Shown one piece after another: positions 22,577-32,582 of a DNA stretch of 64,000 nt; within the stretch, counting starts at the first letter, position 1, and every line of letters begins with the position of its first letter. The notes under the pieces are model-generated. The model saw only the letters and a list, made by a program, of their open reading frames with translations, did not search any database and had not been told where the DNA came from. The stretch covers positions 41,888 through 105,887 of the forward strand of contig JBFMEB010000002.1 in assembly GCA_040753675.1 (NCBI GenBank), in the 5' to 3' direction. The position numbers and the translations under genes are program-made. The stretch comes from Candidatus Omnitrophota bacterium (lineage in GTDB: Bacteria > Omnitrophota > Gorgyraeia > JAHJTE01).

Positions 22577-24877
22577 ATGAAAAAAAATCTCATTTTTTCT
22601 TTGATATTAATTGGCTTTAGTGCTATGGCTGGCCAGATAGTCTTAATGCGCCAGCTTATGGTAATATTCTATGGCAATGAACTTTCTTTAGGCATAACCT
22701 TGGCTATTTGGCTATTTTGGACAGGACTTGGTAGTCTGATAATAGGTAAATGGCTATCAGCAAAGATAAAACAAAAGTTTACTCTTTTTTGTTTTGGAGA
22801 AATTTTATTGGGTTTGCTTTTGCCTTTGAGCCTCTTCGCCGCAAGACTCATTCCTTTATGCTTTAATTATTCAGCCGGAGAGATAATCGGCCTCTTACCT
22901 ATGAGTTTAGCAACATTTTTATTATTAGCGCCTACTTGTATTTTAATAGGTTTTCTTTTTGTTTTAGGTTGCGAGGTTTATGTTAGTTTAGAAAATAGAA
23001 ATCTTGAGAAGGCAAGTGAGATTGGTTATGTATATATCTTAGAGGCGCTGGGTGCTTCTATAGGAGGATTAATAATCAGCTTTTTTCTAATTCGTATACT
23101 TACACCTATTTACATAATGGCTTTAATTACTTTTTTAAATCTTTTAGCTGCCTTTTTGCTTTTAGTAAATAATAAAATTTTAAAAATTTTTACAGGCATT
23201 ATTATCATAACTTTTTTGTTTTTAATTTTCTCTGGCAACTTAGAACTATTGAATCAAAAGACGCTAAATTTAGAGTGGAGAGGTTATGAGCTTCTTGCTT
23301 ACCAGGATTCAATATATGGCAACATTGCTGTTACAAAGAAAGAGGATGTTTTTACTATTTTTAATAATGGGCTGTATGATTTTAGTGTACCTGATGAATT
23401 GAGTAGCGAAAGAATGGCACATTTTCCGTTGTTGGAACACCCTCTACCTAAGAAGGTTTTGCTTATAGGTGGCGGTTCAAGTGGTCAGATAAATGAGGTG
23501 TTAAAACATCCAGTAGACTTAGTAGACTATGTTGAGCTTGACCCTCTTTTAATTAAAATGGCAAAAAAATACCTTTCCTCTACTAAAGCATTCAACGATA
23601 AAAGAGTCAGAGTTATTTCTAATATGGATGCAAGACTATTCATAAAAAGGACAGATAATATTTATGATGTAATTATAATAAGTTTACCAGCTCCAAACAC
23701 TGCCCAGCTTAACAGGTTCTATACCAAGGAATTCTACGAAGAAGCAAAAAAGATTCTGGACGAAAAAGGAGTACTATCTTTCTGCCTTTATTCAAACCCT
23801 AATTATATTAGCTCAGAACAGGCTCAACTTTATATGACATTAAAGAATACGCTTTGGGCTGTTTTTCCTGAAGTAGTGATTACGCCAGGAGAAGTAAATT
23901 ATTTTTTAGCTTCTAATATTAAAGGTCTACTTACTTTAGATTGGCAAAAACTTATACAGCGACTTAAAGAGAGAAACATACAAGCAAAATATATGAGAGA
24001 ATATTATCTTTATAGCGAGCTTAGTAATGAAAGGATTGATGCATTTGGAAAGAATCTACTTCTTGAGTCAACAAGTGTCATAAACAGGGATTTTAAACCA
24101 ATTGCTTATTATTATAATCTGGTTTTATGGAGCACATATTTTAAATACAATCTTAAAAAAGTATTTCAATATATAGATGCCAAGAAGATTTATCTGATAG
24201 TCGCGGCTGTCTTTATTCTTTTGCTTTTACCTTCTTGTTTTAGCAGTTTAAAGAAAAGATTGCCTCATTTTGGGGTGTTAACCTGTGTTAGCACAACTGG
24301 TTTTGCTGAAATAACTTTTCAGATTGTAACCTTGATTTCTTTTCAGGTTATATATGGTTTTGTATATTATAAACTTGGGATTATCTTGACTTCTTATATG
24401 ATTGGCTTGATTTTTGGCAGCTGGCTAATTACAAAAAGATTAGAGAGAAATACAGCGCCTAAGAGAGGATATTATTCTTTATTTCTTAAAACTCAAGTTT
24501 TGATATTTACTTATCCATTAATATTGCTGTTTTTTATTTGGTTATTTTCAAATTTTAAAAAAGGTTTTGGCCTATGGATAGGTTCAAATATCATCTTTCC
24601 ATTTTTGCCAATAATTGCTGGTTTTATAGGTGGCTTTCAATTTCCTTTGGCTAATAAACTTTATCTAAAATCTAATGATTTAGACCTTGCACACTCTGCT
24701 GGCATTACTTATGCTTTAGACCTTTTTGGCTCTTGCATCGGAGCAGTTATTAGCACTGTATTCTTGGTTCCTATTATTGGAATACCATTGACATGCATTT
24801 TAGTGGCGGTTTTAAATCTGGTGGGTTTGATATTGCTTTTGACTTACTCAGCAAAAACCTCGGCGCTAAAAATATAG
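22577..24877 (+). CDS. Membrane protein fused to spermidine-synthase-like methyltransferase domain
   Basis: Multi-TM N- and C-termini, central VLLIGGG, VELDP, DARLF motifs. Confidence 0.85.
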   Translation: MKKNLIFSLILIGFSAMAGQIVLMRQLMVIFYGNELSLGITLAIWLFWTGLGSLIIGKWLSAKIKQKFTLFCFGEILLGLLLPLSLFAARLIPLCFNYSAGEIIGLLPMSLATFLLLAPTCILIGFLFVLGCEVYVSLENRNLEKASEIGYVYILEALGASIGGLIISFFLIRILTPIYIMALITFLNLLAAFLLLVNNKILKIFTGIIIITFLFLIFSGNLELLNQKTLNLEWRGYELLAYQDSIYGNIAVTKKEDVFTIFNNGLYDFSVPDELSSERMAHFPLLEHPLPKKVLLIGGGSSGQINEVLKHPVDLVDYVELDPLLIKMAKKYLSSTKAFNDKRVRVISNMDARLFIKRTDNIYDVIIISLPAPNTAQLNRFYTKEFYEEAKKILDEKGVLSFCLYSNPNYISSEQAQLYMTLKNTLWAVFPEVVITPGEVNYFLASNIKGLLTLDWQKLIQRLKERNIQAKYMREYYLYSELSNERIDAFGKNLLLESTSVINRDFKPIAYYYNLVLWSTYFKYNLKKVFQYIDAKKIYLIVAAVFILLLLPSCFSSLKKRLPHFGVLTCVSTTGFAEITFQIVTLISFQVIYGFVYYKLGIILTSYMIGLIFGSWLITKRLERNTAPKRGYYSLFLKTQVLIFTYPLILLFFIWLFSNFKKGFGLWIGSNIIFPFLPIIAGFIGGFQFPLANKLYLKSNDLDLAHSAGITYALDLFGSCIGAVISTVFLVPIIGIPLTCILVAVLNLVGLILLLTYSAKTSALKI

Positions 24878-26313
24878 ATATCGCATTTACCTCTTTTCCA
24901 GGCATCTATGCTCATACCGGCTTTTTGACCACAGAGGGAATTCATAAATTCTTCTTTGCTCCAACCTGTTTCGGTTGCTACTTGCGGCAAATAAACTCCG
25001 CTTCTAAAAAAGTCTTTTACAATCACGCCGTGTTTACCCATAATTATTTCATCCGTATTGGTCGTCTTTTTTAAAGGTGAGAGCACTGATATCTCGATGT
25101 GGATATCTTTTAGTTCCTCTTTTGTAACCGGGCTAAACCTCGGGTCTTCAGTGGCTGATGCGATTGCCATATCTCTAACAGTTATATAAAGAGGGCCTAT
25201 GGCTTCAATGTGGCCGATACAACCGCGAAGCTCGCCTTTCTTATGTAAGGTAACAAAAGCACCCATGGGTTTTTTTAATAAAGGGTCATCTTCTTTTACT
25301 TCTAAGACCTTTCCCGTAGTGAGGTAGTGCGTGATTGTATTTCGTGCGATTTTTAAGAGTTTCTGTTTTTGCTCTTTGGTTAACAAATCTTTTTCTTTCA
25401 TTGGATTATTCTCCGAAATGGTTTTATCAGTTTCTTTTAGAAAAGCAGCGCTTAAATAACCTACGACTCTGCTTTTATCAAGCGTAGAATCTCCTGAATT
25501 TGCTTCTCTTAAGATCTCTATGCTGCTTGCTCCTAATTTTTTTGCTGCAATCATAGTGGAAGTAACTGTAGCCAGGCCACACATTCGGTTTTGGTTGGAA
25601 CTTGCTAAGAATAATTTCTCTGGCTCAAATTCTTTTATTAAGTTGATTGCTTCAGAATCAACGCCTATTGCCTGCTCATACGGCAAATAATGGCTCATAT
25701 CGGTGCTTGCTACAATTAAAAAATCTTTTTCACCTTTTAGTATTTCATATAGACTTGTGCCTAAGACTTCGCAACTTTCTAAAGTCTGATTTCCGATGGC
25801 AAGAAGCACTATTTTTGGATTTCCTAAAGCCGCTTGGATAAAAGGTAAAGTAAGTTCAATAGAATTTTCATCTTCGAAGAAAATACTGTTGCCAAAAATC
25901 TTCTTATTAGTCTTTAATAAATTTTCTCTTAATTCTTTGTTAGTATATAAGACGCCTAAGGGAGTTCGTATACCGTCTTTATTAAATACAGCAATACCAT
26001 CATAATCTTTTCTGTGGCTGAAGCCCACAACTATTACTGTGTCTATTTTTTTATTTTGCACAAGTTTAAATCCGTATGCCGCAACAGGCCCGGAATATTG
26101 AAGGCCTGCATGGGGTGAGATGATGGCTAAGACTTCGCCACTTACTTGTGGAGGATTGGCTACCTCTAAATAACCTTTAATCTGATTATAAAGTTTTTGG
26201 CTGTTCGCCGGATACCATGTTCCGGCCAGATCTGAGTCTTTGATGTCTTGGCAAAAGGCAGGAGAGGAGAATAGGAAGAGAAAGAGTAAAATTAAGAATA
26301 ATTTTAAACGCAT
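24844..26313 (-). CDS. AmmeMemoRadiSam protein B (Memo) - protein A (AMMECR1) fusion with signal peptide
   Basis: AGTWYP, SPHAGLQYSG, STDMSHY (Memo); FVTL, LRGCIG, DPRF, YLPQVA (AMMECR1); N-terminal Sec-type signal. Confidence 0.9.
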   Translation of the reverse strand: MRLKLFLILLFLFLFSSPAFCQDIKDSDLAGTWYPANSQKLYNQIKGYLEVANPPQVSGEVLAIISPHAGLQYSGPVAAYGFKLVQNKKIDTVIVVGFSHRKDYDGIAVFNKDGIRTPLGVLYTNKELRENLLKTNKKIFGNSIFFEDENSIELTLPFIQAALGNPKIVLLAIGNQTLESCEVLGTSLYEILKGEKDFLIVASTDMSHYLPYEQAIGVDSEAINLIKEFEPEKLFLASSNQNRMCGLATVTSTMIAAKKLGASSIEILREANSGDSTLDKSRVVGYLSAAFLKETDKTISENNPMKEKDLLTKEQKQKLLKIARNTITHYLTTGKVLEVKEDDPLLKKPMGAFVTLHKKGELRGCIGHIEAIGPLYITVRDMAIASATEDPRFSPVTKEELKDIHIEISVLSPLKKTTNTDEIIMGKHGVIVKDFFRSGVYLPQVATETGWSKEEFMNSLCGQKAGMSIDAWKRGKCDIYIFSAEVFAE

Positions 26314-26406
26314 TTTAGGTCTTTGTGGTAATTATTTCCCAGAGTTAATGCGCCTGTGCAATCCTATGAAGAAGCTTTGAGATAAAAGTCTGGTACCGGA
26401 TGCCCA

Positions 26407-26568
26407 TTATCTGACCTTTCGCAATGCCTGGCTTGCTGATATGTTTACCACCTTGCCGTTGCGCCATACCGATAGAGGACGGCCAGTACGTTTGTGTTCT
26501 AACACAACTTCATAGACTGCCTCTTTAAGTGCTTTAAAGGCCTTTGCTTGTAACGTTTTCTTAGTCAT
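26407..26568 (-). CDS. Small partner (putative antitoxin) of the zeta-like ATPase
   Basis: Not in ORF track; translated by hand, 53 aa MTKKTLQAKAFKALKEAV...WRNGKVV; follows the ATPase after a GAGG RBS. Confidence 0.7.
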   Translation of the reverse strand: MTKKTLQAKAFKALKEAVYEVVLEHKRTGRPLSVWRNGKVVNISASQALRKVR

Positions 26569-26574
26569 TATGAT

Positions 26575-27147
26575 TTACCTCGCTGCTTTTAGTATCTTTT
26601 CAAATAAATCCTTGTTAACAACTTCTGTCTTTGTGTCCTTCTCGCGGGCAATCAGCTGCGGCACAGCATCTGCATTATTGAATAGCAACCAGGTATCGGC
26701 CAATTGCCTGTAATAAACAAGAAAATTATGCAATCCTCTATAAAATCTCCTTTTTACATCTACAGCCGGTACATCATGTCCGCCAGCAGCAACTCTGTCT
26801 TTTATGCGTTTCAGCGCAAGTTCAGAGTTTGGGATCCAAAGGAAAAATATATTTATAGAATAACCTCTTTTCTTTAACTCTTTCACAAAAGTTACATACG
26901 ATTTACCTGATAAGGTGGTTTCAAAAGCAAAGTCAACATTCTTATCTGCCATATTCCGTATTTGCTCCAACACAAGTCTACCAGCTCTTATAGCTGCTGC
27001 CTTCGGTGAAAATGGCGATAAACCTTGAGCAATTAGATCAGCATTTACGAAATTCTGGCATTTTGCGTAATCCGGAAGGAATTTCTTAGCAAAAGTAGTT
27101 TTGCCGGAACCGTTAGGACCTGCAATTATATAAACGTTCTTAGCCAT
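26575..27147 (-). CDS. Zeta-toxin-like P-loop ATPase
   Basis: AGPNGSGKTT, FVNADLIA, FETTLSG, RVAAGGH. Confidence 0.85.
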   Translation of the reverse strand: MAKNVYIIAGPNGSGKTTFAKKFLPDYAKCQNFVNADLIAQGLSPFSPKAAAIRAGRLVLEQIRNMADKNVDFAFETTLSGKSYVTFVKELKKRGYSINIFFLWIPNSELALKRIKDRVAAGGHDVPAVDVKRRFYRGLHNFLVYYRQLADTWLLFNNADAVPQLIAREKDTKTEVVNKDLFEKILKAAR

Positions 27148-27214
27148 AGTTAGAATTATATCCTAAACAAAAGCCCTTCGCAAGCGTTTTGCCTGCAAAG
27201 GGCTTTCAGATGAT

Positions 27215-27230
27215 TGGCTCCACCGCGAGG
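27215..27230 (+). repeat. Degenerate copy of the tRNA-Asn 3' end (att-like relic)
   Basis: TGGCTCCACCGCGAGG vs TGGCTCCCCCGCGAGG at 57163-57178 (15/16), preceded by a hairpin at about 27170-27206. Confidence 0.75.
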
Positions 27231-27380
27231 TCGTCGCTCCCTTTCTGTCGCTCCTCTTTAAAAGGAAACCCTGATGGTTTCCTTTTAATATTTTTCTTCC
27301 TTCTGCAGGTAGAAGTAGAATAAGGGGAAAATGCAACATTTTCCCCTTATCATCCCCTTTCTTTTCCTCGCGGGCTCGCC

Positions 27381-27418
27381 AAAAATAAGAAAGGCCCAGA
27401 TTTCTCTGGGCCTATTTT
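27381..27418 (-). terminator. Intrinsic terminator that would follow the tRNA 3' end in the empty site
   Basis: Minus strand AGGCCCAGA-GAAA-TCTGGGCCT-TTCTTATTTTT directly after GGGGAGCCA. Confidence 0.7.
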
Positions 27419-27427
27419 TGGCTCCCC

Positions 27428-27844
27428 GTGCAACACTCCGAGCGAACAAAAATCCTCAAAGCCATTGCTGAAATTATACCATACCATTATCGTTACTTCA
27501 ATAGAACTAAAACGTTATATTTAGGCGAAAGGCCGTCTTTTATCCCGAAAAATAGGATAATTACGAAAAAAGAGATGCGACATTTTAACTACCTCAACTC
27601 TTATGTAAATCCGATAGTCAGGGCTAAGGAATACCTGGAATTGCTTAAAAAGGAAGGCTTAAGCCAGAATAAGCTGGCTAAGCGGCTTGGAATTTCAAGG
27701 GTAAGGATAACGCAGTTTCTAAACCTGCTTAAACTGCCTAAAAGGCAGCAAAACTATATCTTAAGGCATGGGAAAAAGGAATTGATAACCGAAAGGGCTA
27801 TACGAAAGGGCATATTTGCTGCCAGTGGGGTGCAAAAATTATGA
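27428..27844 (+). CDS. HTH-containing ORF, probable detached C-terminal part of the serine recombinase
   Basis: ParB/KorB-like HTH (LSQNKLAKRLGISRVRITQFLNLLKLP); in frame with TGG CTC CCC core; no RBS before the GTG. Confidence 0.65.
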   Translation: MQHSERTKILKAIAEIIPYHYRYFNRTKTLYLGERPSFIPKNRIITKKEMRHFNYLNSYVNPIVRAKEYLELLKKEGLSQNKLAKRLGISRVRITQFLNLLKLPKRQQNYILRHGKKELITERAIRKGIFAASGVQKL

Positions 27845-27907
27845 GAACTGCTAAGGTGTGTTGTATCCTCTTTATAAATCAATGAGTTGTGAAAGGAGTA
27901 ATAATTC

Positions 27908-28975
27908 ATGTTTGGCAATAATACTTATACCAAAGATAACTGGATTTTTCAAGAGTTTTTGCTGCTTTTAGGCCATCTGGTCCATAGTAACCTTTTAAGG
28001 CAGATAGATTATCTTAAAGTGGAAAATCGAATACTCCGAAGTAAGTTGGGGCAAAGGGTAAATATCACCATATCAGAGAAACGAAGGCTCATCAAATATG
28101 GTCTGCCTTTAGGTGGGAGTATCAGGAATTTCATATCTATTGTCAGTTATTCTACCTTTCGTAGATGGGTTAGTAACGGCATATCCAAAAATAAAACCAA
28201 TACTGCCAGGGGCAGAAGACGAACTCCTGAGGAGATAAGGGAATTGATCGTAAGGTTAGCCAAGGAGAATAACTGGGGTTACACCAGGATATTGGGTGAA
28301 CTGAAGAAACTACGAATATACAGTATCTCCAGAAATACAGTTAAGAATATCTTGCGCGAAAATGGCCTTGATCCGGCTCCAAGACGCTCTGAGGATACCT
28401 GGGATGCTTTTATCAAGAGGCATTTTAAGACCCTCTGGGCGTGTGATTTCTTTACCAAGACTGTATGGACAATGTTAGGTCCTAAAACCTTCTATTGTTT
28501 ATTCTTCATCAATATCTGGACGCGCAAGGTCCATATCGCAGGGATTACAAAACATCCTGATAAGGAATGGGTAAATGACAAGGCAAGGGCTGTATCTTTC
28601 TTCTTTAAGGCTGACGATGGCTCAAGGAAGCTTTTGATTCGGGACAGCGATACAAAATTCTCAAGGGAATTCGATGAGATAATAAATAGATACGGCGCAG
28701 AGGTTAAAAGAATCCCTTACCGCTCACCAAATCTAAATCCTTACGCTGAAGGATGGGTTGGGACGATCAAACGAGAATGCCTGGATTACTTCTTTGTCTT
28801 CGGTGAAAAACATTTCAGATACCTCGTCAAAGAATACGTCAAATACTACAACACTGTAAGACCACATTCGTCTTTGGATAACATGCCCATAAATTACAGG
28901 GCAAAAAACGGCAACGGAAAACTCAAATGTGATTCACGACTTGGAGGCCTTATCAGGCATTATTACCGCGAATGA
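27908..28975 (+). CDS. Integrase-core (rve, DDE) transposase-like protein
   Basis: WGYTRILGEL, WACDFFT, LIRDSDTKF, PNLNPYAEGWVGTIKRECLD, YYNTVRPH. Confidence 0.85.
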   Translation: MFGNNTYTKDNWIFQEFLLLLGHLVHSNLLRQIDYLKVENRILRSKLGQRVNITISEKRRLIKYGLPLGGSIRNFISIVSYSTFRRWVSNGISKNKTNTARGRRRTPEEIRELIVRLAKENNWGYTRILGELKKLRIYSISRNTVKNILRENGLDPAPRRSEDTWDAFIKRHFKTLWACDFFTKTVWTMLGPKTFYCLFFINIWTRKVHIAGITKHPDKEWVNDKARAVSFFFKADDGSRKLLIRDSDTKFSREFDEIINRYGAEVKRIPYRSPNLNPYAEGWVGTIKRECLDYFFVFGEKHFRYLVKEYVKYYNTVRPHSSLDNMPINYRAKNGNGKLKCDSRLGGLIRHYYRE

Positions 28976-28991
28976 ACGAAAGGGGTAAACC

Positions 28992-29258
28992 ATGCGATTT
29001 AGAAGAATCGAAGCATATCTGATTTTAGGATGTTACTTGGCAATTGGTGCATTGGCAGGATATTTTGTCGGCAAGGAAAGGCCGGTTACGAAGCCAAACA
29101 CCGTCACCGTGGATGTCGTCAAGGAAGGCGATGAAATTCTGATTTACGAGCATTATTCAGGGGAGTTGGTATTTGAGTATAATAAGAATAAGGAAGTGGA
29201 TAAGACCGCCTATAAGGAATTTGAGGATACATGGGAGGAAATAAAAAGTTTGAAGTAA
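28992..29258 (+). CDS. Small membrane-anchored hypothetical protein
   Basis: N-terminal TM segment, RBS present. Confidence 0.55.
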   Translation: MRFRRIEAYLILGCYLAIGALAGYFVGKERPVTKPNTVTVDVVKEGDEILIYEHYSGELVFEYNKNKEVDKTAYKEFEDTWEEIKSLK

Positions 29259-29321
29259 TTCAAAAACGATTGCCTTCATTTTAGTAATGCAAGCTTATCA
29301 AAACTAGAATATTATCTCCCT

Positions 29322-29999
29322 TTATTTATTGTTTTTTAATTTCTCAGGGTGATGTTTAACGATCTTTGCAGAAACCATATAGATAACATCTTCTGCAATG
29401 TTTGTAGCGTGGTCACAAATGCGCTCTAAATGACGGGCAATCAAGAGTAGGGGCACGGCGCCTGATACAGTAGTTGAATCCTTACTCATATAATCTTCGA
29501 TTAATTCTTTTTGAACCAAATTACGCAATCTATCCGCTTCGCTATCAAGCAAAATTACCTTTCCTGCTAAATCCGCATCCTTATTTACAAAGGCGTCCAA
29601 GGCATCTTTTGTCATCTGTTTAGCGACACTGGTTAATTTTGGAATATCGATAAGAGGTTTAAGTAATGGCTTACCTGCCAGTTCTAAAACGCGCTGAGCG
29701 ATATCTACAGCTAAATCTGCTATTCTCTCTAAATCCGTAGAGATCTTCATCGACATTGTTATGAAGCGCAAATCAACAGCCATTGGTTGCCTTAATGCCA
29801 ATAAATCAAGGCACTTTTCATCAATTTCATTTTCTAATTCATCAATAATCCTATCGTCAGCAATAACCTTATTGGCCTCTTCTATGCTAAGTTGTTTGAG
29901 GGCTTCTATGGAGCTAGATATAGCCTCTTCTACCAACGCGCCCATCTTTAGTAATACTTTCTTTAAATTCGCTAATTCTTCATCAAAATGTCTTTCCAT
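29322..29999 (-). CDS. phoU: Phosphate signalling protein PhoU
   Basis: QPMAVDLR, DLERIADLA, LERICDHATNIAE. Confidence 0.96.
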   Translation of the reverse strand: MERHFDEELANLKKVLLKMGALVEEAISSSIEALKQLSIEEANKVIADDRIIDELENEIDEKCLDLLALRQPMAVDLRFITMSMKISTDLERIADLAVDIAQRVLELAGKPLLKPLIDIPKLTSVAKQMTKDALDAFVNKDADLAGKVILLDSEADRLRNLVQKELIEDYMSKDSTTVSGAVPLLLIARHLERICDHATNIAEDVIYMVSAKIVKHHPEKLKNNK

Positions 30000-30023
30000 C
30001 GACTACCTCTTCTTTTATCTTTT

Positions 30024-30782
30024 TTATCCAAACCTTCCGGTAATATAATCTTCGGTTCTTTTATCCTTTGGCGCTTTAAAAATTTCTTCGGTTTTACCAA
30101 ACTCAATTAACTCGCCAAGTAGGAAAAATCCAGTTTGATCCGAAACCCTTGCTGCCTGTTGCATATTATGGGTCACTATTATTATGGTATAATTTTGTTT
30201 TAGATGAAATATCAACTCTTCAATTTTGCCTGTAGAGATAGGATCCAAGGCAGAGCAGGGCTCATCAAATAAAATTAGTTCCGGCTTAACCGCTAAAGCA
30301 CGCGCAATACACAGCCTCTGCTGCTGGCCTCCGGAAAGACTCACCCCGGAAGCATTGAGCTTATCTTTTACCTCATCCCATAAAGCAGCCATCTTAAGGG
30401 TCTGTTCCACTATTTCATCAAGATTATCCTTTCTTTTAATGCCGTTTAATTTTAGGCCCGCTGCCACATTGTCGTATATAGAGAGCACCGGGAAGGGATT
30501 TGGTTTCTGAAATACCATACCCACCTTTCGCCTTATCTCAATGGGATCAACATCAGCCGAATAAATATCTTTACCATCTAATAAAACTTCTCCCGAAACC
30601 TTGGCGTTCAGCACGACTTCATGCAGCCTGTTTATACAACGAATAAAGGTTGACTTGCCGCAGCCAGAAGGACCGATAATAGCGGTAACCATCTTTTCAG
30701 CAATGGACATATTGATATTCTTTAACGCCTGGGTATTACCAAAATATGCATTCAAGTTGGAAACTATAACTTCTTCTTTCAT
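30024..30782 (-). CDS. pstB: Phosphate ABC transporter ATPase
   Basis: [36 protein letters not shown]. Confidence 0.97.
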   Translation of the reverse strand: MKEEVIVSNLNAYFGNTQALKNINMSIAEKMVTAIIGPSGCGKSTFIRCINRLHEVVLNAKVSGEVLLDGKDIYSADVDPIEIRRKVGMVFQKPNPFPVLSIYDNVAAGLKLNGIKRKDNLDEIVEQTLKMAALWDEVKDKLNASGVSLSGGQQQRLCIARALAVKPELILFDEPCSALDPISTGKIEELIFHLKQNYTIIIVTHNMQQAARVSDQTGFFLLGELIEFGKTEEIFKAPKDKRTEDYITGRFG

Positions 30783-30791
30783 GTTAATTCC

Positions 30792-31643
30792 TTATCTTGA
30801 TATTAATGATTTGTAGCGTAATTTAATCACGAACCGGCTGATAAAACTGATTAAGAAAACCATAACAATCAATACAAATGCTCCAGCCCAGGCCTGCCTG
30901 TGCCAGTCATCAAAAGGAGAAATGGCATAGGAGAATATCTGTAATGGAAGCGCTGCAATAGGCTGAGTAAGGTTTTGATGCCAGAACCTGTTGCCTAAAA
31001 CAGTAAAAAGTAACGGCGCAGTCTCACCTGCTATGCGCGCTATAGCCAATAATATCCCCGTAAGTATGCCGGGCAGCGCGGTCTTAAGTACTATACTAAA
31101 CATTGCCCTGAATTGGTTAATGCCCAAAGCCAACGCCGCTTCGCGAATAGTGCGAGGCACCATTAATAACATCTCTTCAGTTGTGCGCATTATCGTTGGG
31201 ATCATAATTATTCCCAAAGCAAAAGCGCCGCTTATCGCTGAAAAGCTTTTCATCGGAATGACAAACAAGGTATAAGCAAATATCCCGATTACAATTGAGG
31301 GGATTCCGTTTAATACGTCCGCTGCGAATCTGACGGTTGTGCCTAATTTATTATTGCCAAATTCAGCCAAATAAATTCCACCTGCTATTCCTAAGGGTAT
31401 TGCCCACAAACTAGAAAGACCAATTAAAATAAGAGTTCCTACGATGGCATTACTCATGCCTCCGCCAACCTCGCCTACTGGCTTTGGCAGATGAGTAAAA
31501 AAATCAAGATTTATACTGGAGATCCCTTTAATGATGACGTAGCCAAAAATGCTTATCAGAGGCACCAAAGTTAAAATCGCGCAGAACAATGTAATTGTGC
31601 ACATTAATTTATTGATGACTTTTCTGTTTTTATAAGTGTTCAT
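30792..31643 (-). CDS. pstA: Phosphate ABC transporter permease
   Basis: GIPSIVIG, RIAGETAPL, AWAGA. Confidence 0.95.
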   Translation of the reverse strand: MNTYKNRKVINKLMCTITLFCAILTLVPLISIFGYVIIKGISSINLDFFTHLPKPVGEVGGGMSNAIVGTLILIGLSSLWAIPLGIAGGIYLAEFGNNKLGTTVRFAADVLNGIPSIVIGIFAYTLFVIPMKSFSAISGAFALGIIMIPTIMRTTEEMLLMVPRTIREAALALGINQFRAMFSIVLKTALPGILTGILLAIARIAGETAPLLFTVLGNRFWHQNLTQPIAALPLQIFSYAISPFDDWHRQAWAGAFVLIVMVFLISFISRFVIKLRYKSLISR

Positions 31644-32566
31644 TCTCTAATCTGGCCTTTTACCTTGTTTGAAACTCTCCAAATCAAAAGCCGCGCGATA
31701 ATATTAATGACAAGGGTAACAAAAAACAATACCAGCCCTACTTCGATCAGCGCCGAAAGATACAAGTTGCTGGTAGCTTCAGCAAATTCGTTGGCGATAA
31801 CCGAAGCCATGGTATATGCTGGAGCAAATAATGAAGCGGAGATCTCCGGCCGGTTACCTATTACCATAGTAACTGCCATAGTTTCGCCCAATGCCCTTCC
31901 CAGCCCCAAGATTACTGCGCCCAAAATACCTGTCCGGCTATACCCTAATACCGCAAGTCTGATAACTTCCCAAGGCGTTGCCCCTAACGCTACTGCCGCT
32001 TCTCGCTGAGTAAAAGGCACAACCAGAAAAACTTCTCTGCATACCGAAGAAATAGTCGGTATAATCATGATGCTAAGTATAATACCAGCCGTTAACATAC
32101 CCACACCGTAGAATTGTCCCTGAAATAGAGGAAGAAATCCAAAGTATTTAGTCAAAAACGGCTGGACGGTTATCCTTAAAAATGGCGCCAGAACAAATAT
32201 CCCCCAAAGACCATAGATTACGCTGGGTATGGCGGCTAATAGCTCAATTAAAAAACTCAAAGGCTGCCTTATAAACTGCGGCGCTAATTCAGCCAGATAA
32301 ATGGCAATTCCTAAAGAAACCGGCACAGCAAGTAAAAGCGCTAAGAATGAAGTGACAACCGTTCCGTAAATAAACGGCAGAGCCCCGAATATCTCCTTAA
32401 CCGGATCCCATGTGCTGGTAAATAAAAAATTCCAGCCAAACTTCTGTATTGCAGGTCCAGCATTTCGGCTCATGCTATAAACCAAAAGCAGCGTTAAGGC
32501 AACCACTGACAAGCCCAATACAGTGGTCGTCTTTTTAAACCAGATATCAATAAATCTTATTCTCAT
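31640..32566 (-). CDS. pstC: Phosphate ABC transporter permease
   Basis: LAAIPSVIYGLWG, GRALGETMAV. Confidence 0.95.
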   Translation of the reverse strand: MRIRFIDIWFKKTTTVLGLSVVALTLLLVYSMSRNAGPAIQKFGWNFLFTSTWDPVKEIFGALPFIYGTVVTSFLALLLAVPVSLGIAIYLAELAPQFIRQPLSFLIELLAAIPSVIYGLWGIFVLAPFLRITVQPFLTKYFGFLPLFQGQFYGVGMLTAGIILSIMIIPTISSVCREVFLVVPFTQREAAVALGATPWEVIRLAVLGYSRTGILGAVILGLGRALGETMAVTMVIGNRPEISASLFAPAYTMASVIANEFAEATSNLYLSALIEVGLVLFFVTLVINIIARLLIWRVSNKVKGQIRE

Positions 32567-32582
32567 TACTTAAGTCGCCCAT

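Noticed and set aside
27215-27230. Longer 15/16 repeat as the primary left end of the element
   Set aside because: Not excluded, but it has a mismatch in the core and would give only a short tail; 27419 gives an exact core, an in-frame domain and restores the tRNA terminator
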